Assembly: GCA_009694185.1 (NCBI GenBank)
Contig: SHVR01000005.1
Location: 10,468 to 74,467, forward strand
Origin: Alphaproteobacteria bacterium
GTDB taxonomy: Bacteria > Pseudomonadota > Alphaproteobacteria > SHVR01
DNA length: 64,000 bases
Direction: 5' to 3'
Notes under the pieces: model-generated
Told to the model about the DNA's origin: nothing
The model's input: only the letters and a program-made list of their open reading frames with translations
Database searches by the model: none
Program-made: the position numbers and the translations under genes
In this document: one piece after another, positions 20,251 through 35,196 of the stretch
Numbering within the stretch: the stretch's first letter is position 1
Layout of the letters: every line of letters begins with the position of its first letter

Positions 20251-21657
20251 CTACAGCAGCATCGCGGCGGGAAACTCGATATAGCCCTTGAAGGCCGCCA
20301 GGAACTGGGCGCCGAGCACGCCATCGACCACGCGATGGTCGCACGACAGCGTGCAGGTCATGACCGTCGCGACGGCGAGCTGGCCCGCCTTCACCACCGC
20401 GCGGCGCTCGCTGGCGCCGACCGCGAGGATGCTCGACTGCGGCGGGTTGATGATCGCTTCGAAGTGCTTGATCCCGAACATGCCGAGGTTCGACAGGCTG
20501 ACGGTGCCACCCTGGAATTCCTCGAGCTTGAGTTTGCCGGTGCGCGCCCGCGCCGCCAGGTCCTTCATTTCCGCCGAGATGGCGGCGAGGCCCTTGCCAT
20601 CGGCCCCGAAGACGATCGGCGTGATCAGGCCATTGTCGATGGCCACCGCGACCGAGACATCGACCCGGCCATAACGGCGAATGCCTTCCTCGGTCCATGA
20701 GGCATTGGCGTCCGGCACCTTGCGGAGCGCCAGCGCCATGGCCTTGATGATGAAATCGTTGACCGAGAGCTTGATGCCTTCGGGGGCCCGCCCATTCAAC
20801 TCCTGGCGCACCCGCATCAACTCGTCCATCTCGCAGTCGATGGTGAGATAGATGTGCGGGATCGACTGCTTGGCCTCGGTCAGGCGGCGGGCGATCACCT
20901 TGCGCATGCCGGTGAGCGGGATGAGCTCGAACTCGGGTGTGCCGGGCAGCGGTGCCGCGGGCGACGGGGCAGCCGGCCGCGCGGCGGGTGCGGCGGCGGG
21001 TGCGGCGGGGGCGAGCACCCTGGGCACCGATCGGGCGGCTTCCACATCGGCGCGCACGATGCGTCCACCGGGCCCGCTGCCCGACACGCTTCCCAAGTCG
21101 ATGCCGGCCTCACTCGCCAGCCGCCGGGCGAGCGGGCTCACAAAAAGGCGTCCCCCCGTCCGACCGGCGCCATTCCCCCGGCCGCCCGGCACCAGGGCAT
21201 GCTCGACATCCGCCTTGGTAATCTTGCCATGGGGACCGCTGCCCGCGACGGATGCGAGGTCGAGACCCGCCTGGGCCGCCATGCGGGCGGCAAGCGGCGT
21301 TGCGGCACCGCTCGCCCCCGTCGCGGCCGGCACGGTCGCCGGGACGGGAAGCACGGCCGGCGTTACGACGGGCGCCGGGACAGGTCGCGGTGTCGGCGCC
21401 GTCGGCACCGTCTCGCCTTCACCCGCCAACAGGGCGATGACCTCGTTCACCTTGATGCCTTGGGCACCTGCCGGCACCACCAATTGGGCGACCGTGCCTT
21501 CGTCCGCCGCCTCGACTTCCATGGTGGCCTTGTCGGTTTCGATCTCGGCGATAACGTCGCCGGGGCGCACGCGGTCGCCCTCCTTGACGAGCCAGCGGAC
21601 CAGATTGCCCTCGGTCATGGTGGGCGAGAGCGCCGGCATGCGGATGCTGATCGCCAT
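20251..21657 (-). CDS. pdhC: Pyruvate dehydrogenase E2 (dihydrolipoamide acetyltransferase)
   Basis: Lipoyl domain ETDKATME, two E3-binding domains, catalytic DHRVVDG. Confidence 0.97.
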   Translation of the reverse strand: MAISIRMPALSPTMTEGNLVRWLVKEGDRVRPGDVIAEIETDKATMEVEAADEGTVAQLVVPAGAQGIKVNEVIALLAGEGETVPTAPTPRPVPAPVVTPAVLPVPATVPAATGASGAATPLAARMAAQAGLDLASVAGSGPHGKITKADVEHALVPGGRGNGAGRTGGRLFVSPLARRLASEAGIDLGSVSGSGPGGRIVRADVEAARSVPRVLAPAAPAAAPAARPAAPSPAAPLPGTPEFELIPLTGMRKVIARRLTEAKQSIPHIYLTIDCEMDELMRVRQELNGRAPEGIKLSVNDFIIKAMALALRKVPDANASWTEEGIRRYGRVDVSVAVAIDNGLITPIVFGADGKGLAAISAEMKDLAARARTGKLKLEEFQGGTVSLSNLGMFGIKHFEAIINPPQSSILAVGASERRAVVKAGQLAVATVMTCTLSCDHRVVDGVLGAQFLAAFKGYIEFPAAMLL

Positions 21658-21669
21658 GGCGAGCCTCGT

Positions 21670-23052
<1,383 letters not shown>

Positions 23053-23090
23053 GGTGTCCCTCGGACGATTTGTCGTTGTCGTCACGCCGT

Positions 23091-24143
23091 TCAGGCGTCA
23101 ACCAATACATCGCTATAGAGTTCCGACAGGTCCGGCTCGGGGCTGTTCTGGGCGAACTCCGCCGCTTCGGTGACGATCTCTTTCACCGCGCGGTCGATCT
23201 CCTTCAACGCCGCCTCGCTAGCAACGCGATGGCCGAGAATCAGTTCCCGAAGATGGTCGATCGGATCGCGCTCGCTGCGCATCTTGTTGACTTCATCGCG
23301 CGAGCGGTATTTCGCGGGATCGGACATGGAGTGGCCGCGATAGCGATAGGTCTCCATCTCCAGAATGACCGGCCCCTTGCCGGCGCGGGCGTGTTCCACG
23401 GCCTTGCCCGCCGCCTCCCTGACGGCCAGCACGTCCATGCCGTCCACCCGGTGGCCCGGGATGCCATAGGCCATGCCGCGCCGATAGAGCTCGCGGCCCG
23501 CCGCCGCCCGGTCGACCGAGGTGCCCATGCCGTATTTGTTGTTCTCGATCACATAGACGACCGGCAGTTTCCAGAGCGCCGCCATGTTGAAGGATTCGTA
23601 GACCTGGCCCTGGTTTGCGGCGCCGTCGCCGAAATAGGTCACCGAGACGGCGGCGATCTCTTGGTATTTCTGCGCGAAGGCGATGCCCGTGCCCAAGGGC
23701 ACTTGCGCCGCGACGATGCCATGGCCGCCATAGAAATTCTTGGCGCGGCTGAACATGTGCATGGAGCCGCCCTTGCCCTTGGAATAGCCACCGCGCCGAC
23801 CGGTCAGCTCGGCCATGACACCCGGCGCTTCCATGCCGGTGGCCAGCATGTGGCCATGATCCCGATAGCCGGTGATAACCGCGTCCTGGGCGCCGAGCGC
23901 AGCCTGCATGCCGACAACGACAGCCTCCTGGCCGATATAGAGATGACAAAAACCGCCGATCAGGCCCATGCCATACATCTGGCCGGCCTTTTCCTCGAAC
24001 CGGCGAATGAGCAGCATGTCGCGGTAGTAGCCAAGCAGGACGCTCGCCGCCGGCAAAGCGATCCGGCCGGCCTTGGATTTGTCCCGGGATTTCGTCTTGG
24101 CCGTCGCGATCGCCGCGATACCGGCGGCTGCGCTGCGTACCAT
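23091..24143 (-). CDS. pdhA: Pyruvate dehydrogenase E1 alpha
   Basis: [21 protein letters not shown]...[22 protein letters not shown]. Confidence 0.97.
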   Translation of the reverse strand: MVRSAAAGIAAIATAKTKSRDKSKAGRIALPAASVLLGYYRDMLLIRRFEEKAGQMYGMGLIGGFCHLYIGQEAVVVGMQAALGAQDAVITGYRDHGHMLATGMEAPGVMAELTGRRGGYSKGKGGSMHMFSRAKNFYGGHGIVAAQVPLGTGIAFAQKYQEIAAVSVTYFGDGAANQGQVYESFNMAALWKLPVVYVIENNKYGMGTSVDRAAAGRELYRRGMAYGIPGHRVDGMDVLAVREAAGKAVEHARAGKGPVILEMETYRYRGHSMSDPAKYRSRDEVNKMRSERDPIDHLRELILGHRVASEAALKEIDRAVKEIVTEAAEFAQNSPEPDLSELYSDVLVDA

Positions 24144-24289
24144 GACCCAGCCTCCCACATTGCTTCGTTGGCACGGACTTGAAGCCCGGCAGCCATAGCT
24201 AGCCCGAAAGCGAGCCGTTTGGCAACTGAGTGCGCGCCGGGGAGTTTTTTTGTAACTTATTGCTGCACCGCAATAAAACAGGTGTAAGC

Positions 24290-24679
24290 TTAATTCCGGT
24301 TAACGCCTCTGTGCATGGCCGGCTGGGTCCCCGGCAGGCGTTCCGTCGCCTCGTCCCGCGACCCCGACAAAGGGAGGACGACGATCAGGTCGCCCGGCCG
24401 TCCGACGTTCAGGAGGCGGCGCGCCTGCTCTTCCAGCATATCGGCATCGAGATGCTCCGGGCGCAACAGGGACGCGCGCCGCTCCAGGGCGTCGCGCTCG
24501 CCATGTACTTCGGCCAGCGTGTCGCGCGCCAGGGCGATCTCCTGGTCGAGCTGGATCAGGGCCAGCATGCTGCGATTGCCGTTCAGCAAATGATAGCCGA
24601 AATAGCAGGCGATGCAGGCTCCGAGCAGAGGCCCCAACATCAGTTTCGCCCGGCGGCGGATGTCCACGATCAACGGCAT
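24290..24679 (-). CDS. ftsB: Septum formation initiator (FtsB/DivIC family)
   Basis: N-terminal TM (YFGYH..NG), coiled coil, LDADMLEEQAR. Sits between eno and pdhA. Confidence 0.85.
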   Translation of the reverse strand: MPLIVDIRRRAKLMLGPLLGACIACYFGYHLLNGNRSMLALIQLDQEIALARDTLAEVHGERDALERRASLLRPEHLDADMLEEQARRLLNVGRPGDLIVVLPLSGSRDEATERLPGTQPAMHRGVNRN

Positions 24680-24753
24680 GGCATAGAAGAATCACGGCTG
24701 CGTCCACCGCGTCAACAAAAACCCACCTGCCCGTCATCTTGAAACCGCTCTTG

Positions 24754-24905
24754 CGGTCCGCTGATAAACGTCCTTTGGCTTTGCGAGGAGGCCGGCAGGC
24801 CGACGTGGCAATCCAGAAATCGGCGGATTTACGCCATTTTTTCTGGATCGCCACGGACGCTACGCGGCCTCGCGACGACGGTCGGGAGGGTTTTTCAGCA
24901 AACTG
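24754..24905. repeat. Nested-palindrome MITE/REP-like element, copy 1
   Basis: Outer imperfect IR CGGTCCGCTGATAAAC / GTTTTTCAGCAAACTG; inner TTGCGAGG...CCTCGCGACGAC; central stem GTGGCAATCCAGAAA / TTTCTGGATCGCCAC. Homologous copy at 33798-33951. Confidence 0.8.
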
Positions 24906-24930
24906 CCAGAACCCGAAGAACCGGCGCGGG

Positions 24931-26244
<1,314 letters not shown>

Positions 26245-27096
26245 TCAGGTGAGTTGCAGAGGGTTCGCCTTGGCGATGCCATCGAACGTCATCAGGGTAC
26301 GCGCCAGCCCCTCGAACCGGTCAAGGGGGACCATGTTCGGCCCATCGCTCGGCGCCTTGTCCGGGTCCTGGTGGGTCTCGATGAAGACGGCAGCCACACC
26401 GGCGGCAACGGCGGCGCGGGCCAGGACGGGAACGAACTGGCGCTCGCCACCGGAAGCATTCCCGCGTCCACCCGGCTGCTGCACCGAATGGGTCGCATCG
26501 AACACGACGGGATGGCCGAGCCCGGCCAGGATCGGCAGGGCGCGCATGTCGCTGACCAACGTGTTGTAGCCGAAGCTGGTACCCCGCTCGGTCACGAGGA
26601 TACGCTGGCAGCCGCCGCGCTCCAGCTTGGCCGTCACATTGGCCATGTCCCAGGGTGCGAGGAATTGGCCCTTCTTGACGTTGACGGCGCGGCCCGTCGC
26701 CGCCGCCGCCAGCAAGAGGTCGGTCTGGCGGCAGAGGAAGGCCGGAATCTGGATGACGTCGACATATTCGGCGACCTCCGCGCATTGCCTCGGGTCATGC
26801 ACGTCGGTCAGCACCGGACAGCCCCAGCGCTCGCGCACCTCGGCCAGGATCGGCAGGCTCTCCCGCATGCCGAGGCCGCGCGGACCGTCCAGGCTGGTGC
26901 GATTGGCCTTGTCGAACGAGGTCTTGTATATGAGGCCAATGCCGAGGCGCCGGGCGATCTCCGCCAGCGCGTGCGACATCTCAAGGGCGTGCGCCCGGCT
27001 TTCCAGCGCGCAGGGACCGGCAATGAGGACCAGCGGCCGGTCGTTGCCGATCTCGACCGGCCCAATGGTAAAGCGCTGGTGCGGTGGCGCGGGCAT
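26245..27096 (-). CDS. kdsA: KDO-8-phosphate synthase
   Basis: AGPCALES, SFDKANRTS, KKGQFLAP, DATHSVQQPG, SDGPN. Confidence 0.98.
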   Translation of the reverse strand: MPAPPHQRFTIGPVEIGNDRPLVLIAGPCALESRAHALEMSHALAEIARRLGIGLIYKTSFDKANRTSLDGPRGLGMRESLPILAEVRERWGCPVLTDVHDPRQCAEVAEYVDVIQIPAFLCRQTDLLLAAAATGRAVNVKKGQFLAPWDMANVTAKLERGGCQRILVTERGTSFGYNTLVSDMRALPILAGLGHPVVFDATHSVQQPGGRGNASGGERQFVPVLARAAVAAGVAAVFIETHQDPDKAPSDGPNMVPLDRFEGLARTLMTFDGIAKANPLQLT

Positions 27097-27101
27097 CGTC
27101 C

Positions 27102-29119
<2,018 letters not shown>

Positions 29120-29239
29120 GGGTCCCGCGCGCATGCACAGCACTCACCGGCGGTGGCGGGTGAAGCTGGGGCAGTCCGGTTGGATGGCGGCACTTTTAAC
29201 CTCTTGGGCGCCGCCGCGCTAGTGGCATGTTTTCCCCCA

Positions 29240-29995
29240 TCAGGCGGACACGCTCATGGCGATGGCCCAGAATTCGTCCGGATCCAGGCTGGCGCCGCCA
29301 ACGAGCGCGCCATCGACGTTCGAAACGGCCATCAGCTCGGCCGCGTTGCCTGCCTTGACCGAGCCGCCATAGAGGATGCGCATGGCCTCGGCCGTCGCGA
29401 ATCGGGTACCGAGAGCCGCGCGGATGGCGTCATGCACACCGGCCACGTCCCCCGGCGTTGGCGTCCGCCCGGTGCCGATAGCCCAGACCGGTTCGTAGGC
29501 CACCACGACATTGCCCGCCGTGGCACCTTCCGGCAGCGAGCCCGCCAACTGGCGCCGGATGACGTCGAGGGTTCGGCCGGAATCCCGTTCGGCCTGGGTC
29601 TCGCCGACGCAGACGATGGCGGTCAAGCCGGCCCGATGGGCGGCTTCGGCCTTGGCGCGGACCGTGGTGTCATCCTCGCCGTGGCCGGCGCGGCGCTCGG
29701 AATGACCCGTCAGCACATAGCGGCAACCGAGATCGGCCAGCATTTCCGCACTCACATCGCCAGTGAAGGCCCCCGACGGCCGGACATGGCAATCCTGGCC
29801 GCCGAGCGCGATCGCGGTGGCGCCAAGCGCCTTGCCCACCATGGCGATCAGCGTCGCGGGTGGGCAAACCAGCAGCTCCACGGCCCGCGGCATTCCACCC
29901 GCGCGGGTCGCCAGCGCCGCCGCAAGAGCAACACCGTCCTTGCCGCGGCCATTCATCTTCCAGTTTCCGGCCACCATCGGCCGTCGATCAGCCAT
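29240..29995 (-). CDS. tpiA: Triosephosphate isomerase
   Basis: [35 protein letters not shown]. Confidence 0.99.
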   Translation of the reverse strand: MADRRPMVAGNWKMNGRGKDGVALAAALATRAGGMPRAVELLVCPPATLIAMVGKALGATAIALGGQDCHVRPSGAFTGDVSAEMLADLGCRYVLTGHSERRAGHGEDDTTVRAKAEAAHRAGLTAIVCVGETQAERDSGRTLDVIRRQLAGSLPEGATAGNVVVAYEPVWAIGTGRTPTPGDVAGVHDAIRAALGTRFATAEAMRILYGGSVKAGNAAELMAVSNVDGALVGGASLDPDEFWAIAMSVSA

Positions 29996-30137
29996 CGCCT
30001 GCCCTTCCCTGCCGTATCGACCGTTGCCGGACTCCAGTCCCCTCCCTATCATGGCGCCGGCTTTCATGGATCGCCATCCCCCGCATGCCGAAACGCTGGG
30101 CGGGCAGCCTGGGCGGGCAGCGAAGAGTATCAGAATC

Positions 30138-32021
30138 ATGTTCCTGAGTTCCCTCCGACAGTCCGCCGCTTCCTGGGTTGCCAAGATTCTGTTCGTCCTG
30201 CTGATCGCAAGCTTCGCCGCCTGGGGTATCGGCGATTGGCTGCGCCCGCGGGCGCAGCCGCCGCTCGCCACGGTCGGGGACGTGCCCATTTCCGCGAACC
30301 AATTCAACCAGGCCTTCAACCGAGAGTTCAACCGCCTCCGGCAGGCGTTCGGCGGCCAATTGGACCGCGACATGGCGGTCCAACTGGGCCTGCCACGCCA
30401 GATTCTCGACCGGATGGTCAGCACCGAACTGCTGCGCCTCGAGGCGGCCCAACTCGGGATTGCCGTGGCCGATCATCTTGTCCGCGCGCGCATCCAGTCC
30501 GACCCGACCTTCCAGATGGGCGGACGGTTCGATCGGCTCCGCTTCGACCAGGCGATGAGGAGCAACAATTTGACCGAGGAGGGTTTTGTCGAGAGCCTGC
30601 GCGCCGATCTGGCGCGCGCCCAACTGACCGAGGCGTTGCAGGTTGGCGCCAAGGCGCCCCGCGCCATGACCGCCCTGTTACACGCCCATCGCGCCGAGCA
30701 GCGGATCGGCGAAGTCATGCTGTTGCCGGCGGCATCCATTGCCGCGCCGCCCGAGCCGAGCGAGGCGGATCTGGCGAACTTCCACCAGGACCAGGCCGAG
30801 CGTTTCATGGCACCCGAATACCGCGCCGTCACGGCCATCGTCTTGAGCCCCGAGGACGTGGCGGATCAGGTCGACATTTCGCCCGAACAGGTGAGTGAGG
30901 CCTATGACAGCCGGCTCGAAGAGTTCGTGGTGCCGGAGCGCCGCGAGGTCACTCAGTTGCTGTTCAAGGACGAGGCCGCGGCCAAGGCCACCCACGAGCG
31001 CCTCGCCGGTGGCGCCAGTTTCGCGGCGGTCGCGAGCGAGGCAACAGCCCTGGGCGCCAACCTCACGGAGATTGGCGACGTACGGACGGGCGAGCTGTTT
31101 CCGGAATTGGTCGAACAAGCGGTCTTCGGCCTTGCCAGCGCGGGCGTCACCGAACCGGTCAACACCGTGCTTGGCTGGCATCTGCTCAAGGTCGACCGAA
31201 TCACACCCGCGAGCGTGATGTCCTATGGCACGGTCAGCGACGGGCTGCGCGCCGAATTGGCGCTCGCCCAAGCGGGCGACGTTCTGCATGGCCTGGCCCG
31301 GCGGCTCGAGGACAGTTTGGCCGCCGGCACCAGCCTGGAAGAGGCCGCGACCGCCCTCAAGCTTCGCCTGATCAAGGTGGCGGCGATGGATCGCGGCGGC
31401 ATGGACCCCGCGGGCCTGCGTGTCGAGGGTCTGCCGCCGGGCCCCGCGGCGATCAACACCGTCTTTTCCTTGGCTGTCGGCCGCGAGGGCACGTTGACCG
31501 ATACCCCGGATGGCGGGTCGTTCGTCGTCCGGGTCGATGGCATGACGCCCTCGGCGCTGAAGCCGCTGGAAACCGTGCGCGAACAAGTGGGCACCCTTTG
31601 GCGCCGCAAGGCCCGGACGGAACTGGGCCAACAAGCCGCCCAGGCTCTCGCCAACCAGGTGGCGGGCGGTGAGAGCTTCGCCGAACTGGCGACCGCGCAA
31701 AAGCTGGAGACCCGCGTCACGGCGCCGTTCGGGCGCACCATGGACGACCCCCAACTCTGGCTACCCGGGGAACTGGTCCGCCTGCTGTTCGAGGCGAAGA
31801 CCGGCGATCTGGTGCTCGCACCGCTGGCCGACGGGTTTGCCATCGCCCGCCTCACCGACGTGCGCGCGGCCGACGTGGCGACCAACGACGCGGCACTCAA
31901 GGGTCTCGGCGATCAGGTGAGCAACGCCATCGGGGCCGACTTGCTGGCGCAATTCGAGACGGTGCTGCGCCGGCAATATGGCGTCACCGTCAACGAGCGC
32001 GCGCTCGCCACCATGTTTTGA
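30138..32021 (+). CDS. ppiD: Periplasmic chaperone PpiD (SurA N-terminal/parvulin-like)
   Basis: N-terminal anchor [13 protein letters not shown], SurA-like domain, degenerate parvulin (GWHLLKV). Lies between tpiA and trpE. Confidence 0.88.
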   Translation: MFLSSLRQSAASWVAKILFVLLIASFAAWGIGDWLRPRAQPPLATVGDVPISANQFNQAFNREFNRLRQAFGGQLDRDMAVQLGLPRQILDRMVSTELLRLEAAQLGIAVADHLVRARIQSDPTFQMGGRFDRLRFDQAMRSNNLTEEGFVESLRADLARAQLTEALQVGAKAPRAMTALLHAHRAEQRIGEVMLLPAASIAAPPEPSEADLANFHQDQAERFMAPEYRAVTAIVLSPEDVADQVDISPEQVSEAYDSRLEEFVVPERREVTQLLFKDEAAAKATHERLAGGASFAAVASEATALGANLTEIGDVRTGELFPELVEQAVFGLASAGVTEPVNTVLGWHLLKVDRITPASVMSYGTVSDGLRAELALAQAGDVLHGLARRLEDSLAAGTSLEEAATALKLRLIKVAAMDRGGMDPAGLRVEGLPPGPAAINTVFSLAVGREGTLTDTPDGGSFVVRVDGMTPSALKPLETVREQVGTLWRRKARTELGQQAAQALANQVAGGESFAELATAQKLETRVTAPFGRTMDDPQLWLPGELVRLLFEAKTGDLVLAPLADGFAIARLTDVRAADVATNDAALKGLGDQVSNAIGADLLAQFETVLRRQYGVTVNERALATMF

Positions 32022-32035
32022 TCGGACCCGCCGCC

Positions 32036-33541
32036 ATGCTGCCGAACTTCCCGGATTTCGCCAGGCGCTTTCAGGCCGGCAAGCCGCAAGTGATGTGGAC
32101 CAATTTCGTGGCCGATCTGGAGACTCCGGTATCGGTGCTCTTGAAGCTCGCCGACGGGCGGCCGAACAGCTTCCTGCTGGAATCGGTCGAGGGCGGCGCC
32201 ATTCGCGGCCGCTATTCCATTGTCGGCCTGAAACCCGACCTGATCTGGCGCTGCCGCGGTATCCAGGCCGAAATCAACCGCCGGGCGCGCATCGACCCGA
32301 CCGTCTTCGAGCCCTGCCCCGAGGGTGCCCTCGATTCACTCCGTGCCCTGATTTCCGACTGCCGCATCGAGGACCTGCCGCCCAACCTGCCGCCCATGGC
32401 GGCGGGCCTGGTGGGCTACATGGCCTATGACATGGTGCGCCTGATCGAGCATCTCCCCGACGTCAATCCGGACCCGATCGGCGTGCCCGACGGCATGTTC
32501 CTGCGCCCGACCATCATGGCGGTATTCGACAATATCGAGGACACGCTCGCCATCGTGACCCCGGTCTGGCCGGACCCGGGCATGACCGCCCGGGTCGCCT
32601 ATGACCGGGCGGCGGAGCGCCTCGGCGACGCGGTGGCCGACCTGGAGCGCCCCCTTGCCCACCGCCGCGAGCCCGCCGACACCGAAGATGCGCCGGCCGA
32701 GCCCCGCTCCAACGTGACGCGCGAGCGCTTCCACTGGATGGTGGAGAAGGCCAAGGAATATATCCGCGCCGGCGACGCCTTCCAGGTCGTGCCGTCGCAG
32801 CGCTTCGCGATCCCGTTCAAATTGCCGCCGCTCGCCCTCTACCGCGCGCTGCGCCGGCTCAATCCCTCGCCGTTCCTGTTCTTCCTCGATTTCGGCGGCT
32901 TCGCCATTGTCGGTTCCAGCCCCGAGATCCTGGTCAGGGTGCGCGACGGCAAGGTGACCATCCGGCCGCTGGCCGGCACCAGGCGGCGCGGCAAGGACGC
33001 GGCCGAGGACCGGGCGCTCGCGGAGGAACTGTTGTCGGATCCCAAGGAGCTCGCCGAGCATCTGATGCTGCTCGATCTCGGCCGCAACGATGTGGGACGG
33101 GTTGCTCGCATCGGCAGCGTGCGCGTCGTCGAGCAGTTCGAGATCGAATATTATTCCCATGTCATGCATATCAGCTCGACCGTCGAGGGCGATATCGCCG
33201 AGGGTTGCGACGCGGTCACCGCGCTGATGGGCGGATTTCCGGCCGGCACCGTCTCCGGTGCCCCCAAGGTGCGCGCCATGGAGATCATCGACGAGATCGA
33301 GACCGAGAAGCGCGGCATCTACGCCGGCTGCATCGGCTATTTCGCCGCCAACGGCACCATGGACACCTGCATCGCCTTGCGCACCGGCCTGGTCAAGGAT
33401 GGCATCCTCTATGTCCAGGCGGGCGGCGGCGTCGTCGCCGACAGCGTGCCCGAGACCGAGTATCAGGAGAGCATCGACAAGGCCCGCGCCCTCATGCGCG
33501 CCGCCGAGGAAGCCATCCGCTTCGCCCAGCGCAACGATTAG
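32036..33541 (+). CDS. trpE: Anthranilate synthase component I
   Basis: LLESVEGG, NPSPF, GSSPE, EHLMLLDLGRND, PAGTVSGAPK. Alternative TTG start at 32018. Confidence 0.97.
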   Translation: MLPNFPDFARRFQAGKPQVMWTNFVADLETPVSVLLKLADGRPNSFLLESVEGGAIRGRYSIVGLKPDLIWRCRGIQAEINRRARIDPTVFEPCPEGALDSLRALISDCRIEDLPPNLPPMAAGLVGYMAYDMVRLIEHLPDVNPDPIGVPDGMFLRPTIMAVFDNIEDTLAIVTPVWPDPGMTARVAYDRAAERLGDAVADLERPLAHRREPADTEDAPAEPRSNVTRERFHWMVEKAKEYIRAGDAFQVVPSQRFAIPFKLPPLALYRALRRLNPSPFLFFLDFGGFAIVGSSPEILVRVRDGKVTIRPLAGTRRRGKDAAEDRALAEELLSDPKELAEHLMLLDLGRNDVGRVARIGSVRVVEQFEIEYYSHVMHISSTVEGDIAEGCDAVTALMGGFPAGTVSGAPKVRAMEIIDEIETEKRGIYAGCIGYFAANGTMDTCIALRTGLVKDGILYVQAGGGVVADSVPETEYQESIDKARALMRAAEEAIRFAQRND

Positions 33542-33828
33542 CCGGCGGCCTGCTGGGGCCGCTTGGCCTTGCCGGCGTAGCGCGGAATGTCGCGAAGCGC
33601 GGCGCCCAAAGCCTGCTCGGCAAGGCGCAGCTCGTAATTCTTCTGTAGGTTCATCCAAATATCCGGGCCGGTGGCGAACCAGCGGCCGAGGCGCAACGCG
33701 GTGTCGCCGCTGATGCCGCGCTTGCCGGCGATGATTTGGCTGACGCGGTTGGCGGGCGCGCCGATCTGCTTGGCCAGCTGGTTGGCGCTGACGGCGATGG
33801 CCTGCCGAAAACCTCCTTTTGTCGTCAT
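33538..33828 (-). pseudogene. higA: HigA-family (XRE HTH) antitoxin, N-terminally truncated, no toxin partner
   Basis: SANQLAKQIGAPANRVSQIIAGKRGISGDTALRLGRWF...WMNLQKNYEL. The HPGE-type N-terminus is missing; the in-frame ATG lies within the repeat element. Confidence 0.7.
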
Positions 33829-33951
33829 TGCGAGGCGGCCGGCAGGCCGACGCGGCAAACCAGAAATCGGTGCTTCCACACCATTTTTCCGGATCGCCAC
33901 GGACGCGACGCGTCCTCGCGATGACGATCCGGCGGCATCTTCAACAGTCCG
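33798..33951. repeat. Nested-palindrome MITE/REP-like element, copy 2
   Basis: Inner IR TCGTCATTGCGAGG (33822-33835) / CCTCGCGATGACGA (33914-33927), 13/14 match; outer imperfect IR GGCCTGCCGAAAA / TCTTCAACAGTCC. Colinear with copy 1. Confidence 0.82.
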
Positions 33952-35109
33952 CTACCGGCCCTTGAAGTGGGGCATGACCTCTTCATGGACGCGCTGGAAC
34001 TGCTCCTGCATGACCGCCTGGGGCGTGGTCAGGCTGGTGCTGAGGTTGATGTGCTCCATGCCGGGGTAGCGTTCTTCCATTTGCTTCAACCGCTCGACCA
34101 GCTCGCCCGGCGTGCCGGCGAACCAGGCGCCGAGGCGCATGAAATGGTCGAGCGTCGGCACGCCGGCGGCGGCCCAGCCGCCGCGTCTGGCCACCGCCGC
34201 CACTTGCGCCGGTGTCACGCCCGGCACGAAGCCGAGGGGCGCGAACATCTTCACATGCTCTTCATAGAGGGGGGTCATCTCGCGGATCGCCTGCTCGCGG
34301 GTGTTGGCAAGGTGGAAGAAGATGCCGACGGTCAAGTTCTCGCCGAGCTTGAGCTGCTTGCCGGCCCTCGCCGCCGCGTCCCGATAGGCCTGGATCGGGC
34401 CTTCGGCCATGGTCGCGGCGCCGCCGCCGACCAGGCCCTTGATGCCGTGCCGGATCATGAAATCGAGGCCGCGGGCGCTGGCGCTCACCACCGGCTGCCA
34501 GCATTCGACCGGCAGATGGATGGGGCGCGGCACCAGGGTCAACTCCTTAAGATCATAACCGCGATAGGGCACGTTCGGCGGCAGGGTGTAATGCTTGCCC
34601 TTGTGTGAGAAGGACTCCTGGTCGAACGCCTTGAAGACGATCTCGACCTGCTCCTCGAAGAGTTCGCGGTTGGCGTCCTGGTCGAGCATGGGTGCCCCGA
34701 AAGTCTCGACCTCGCGGGTGTGATAGCCGCGCCCGACGCCGAAGATCGTGCGGCCCTTGGTCAGAATGTCGGCGGTGGCGAAATCCTCGGCCAGGCGCAA
34801 GGGATGCCACATGGGCGCGATGTTGAAACCGCAGCCGATCTTGAGCTGTTTGGTGACATGCGCGAGATGCACCGCCAGCATCAGGATGTTGGGGAGGACC
34901 TCGTAGCCCTCATGCTGGAAATGATGCTCGGCGAGCCAGAGCGTGTCCCAGCCATATTTGTCCATCGTCTTGGCGATGGCCTCGGTCTTCTCGAACACCG
35001 CGGCCAGTTGCTCGTTGGAATAGCGCCGCTCGTTGGCGGGTGTCGTGTCCTGGCCCCTGTCCGGCAGGTCGATATGGCCCGGATAGACGGTGACGAACTT
35101 GGTGATCAT
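33952..35109 (-). CDS. LLM-class (luciferase-like) flavin-dependent oxidoreductase
   Basis: LWLAEHHF, HPLRLAEDFATADILTKGR..FGVGRGY, FAGTP, EEVMPHF. GAGGAG RBS. Confidence 0.92.
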   Translation of the reverse strand: MITKFVTVYPGHIDLPDRGQDTTPANERRYSNEQLAAVFEKTEAIAKTMDKYGWDTLWLAEHHFQHEGYEVLPNILMLAVHLAHVTKQLKIGCGFNIAPMWHPLRLAEDFATADILTKGRTIFGVGRGYHTREVETFGAPMLDQDANRELFEEQVEIVFKAFDQESFSHKGKHYTLPPNVPYRGYDLKELTLVPRPIHLPVECWQPVVSASARGLDFMIRHGIKGLVGGGAATMAEGPIQAYRDAAARAGKQLKLGENLTVGIFFHLANTREQAIREMTPLYEEHVKMFAPLGFVPGVTPAQVAAVARRGGWAAAGVPTLDHFMRLGAWFAGTPGELVERLKQMEERYPGMEHINLSTSLTTPQAVMQEQFQRVHEEVMPHFKGR

Positions 35110-35196
35110 GGCTTGGCTCCTCGGCTAGGCGCGCTCCTGGCCAGAACATCAACAGAGGCCACCTTGCTTGTCCAGGTGGGGGCTTGTCCAGCCGGC

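Noticed and set aside
24169..24183. Sigma54-like TGGCACGGACTTGAA upstream of pdhA
   Set aside because: The -12 is GA rather than GC, and it points away from pdhA.
24290..24303. CtrA-like TTAA..TTAA near the ftsB end (also 14317-14329)
   Set aside because: Spacers are 6 and 5 bp, not the canonical 7.
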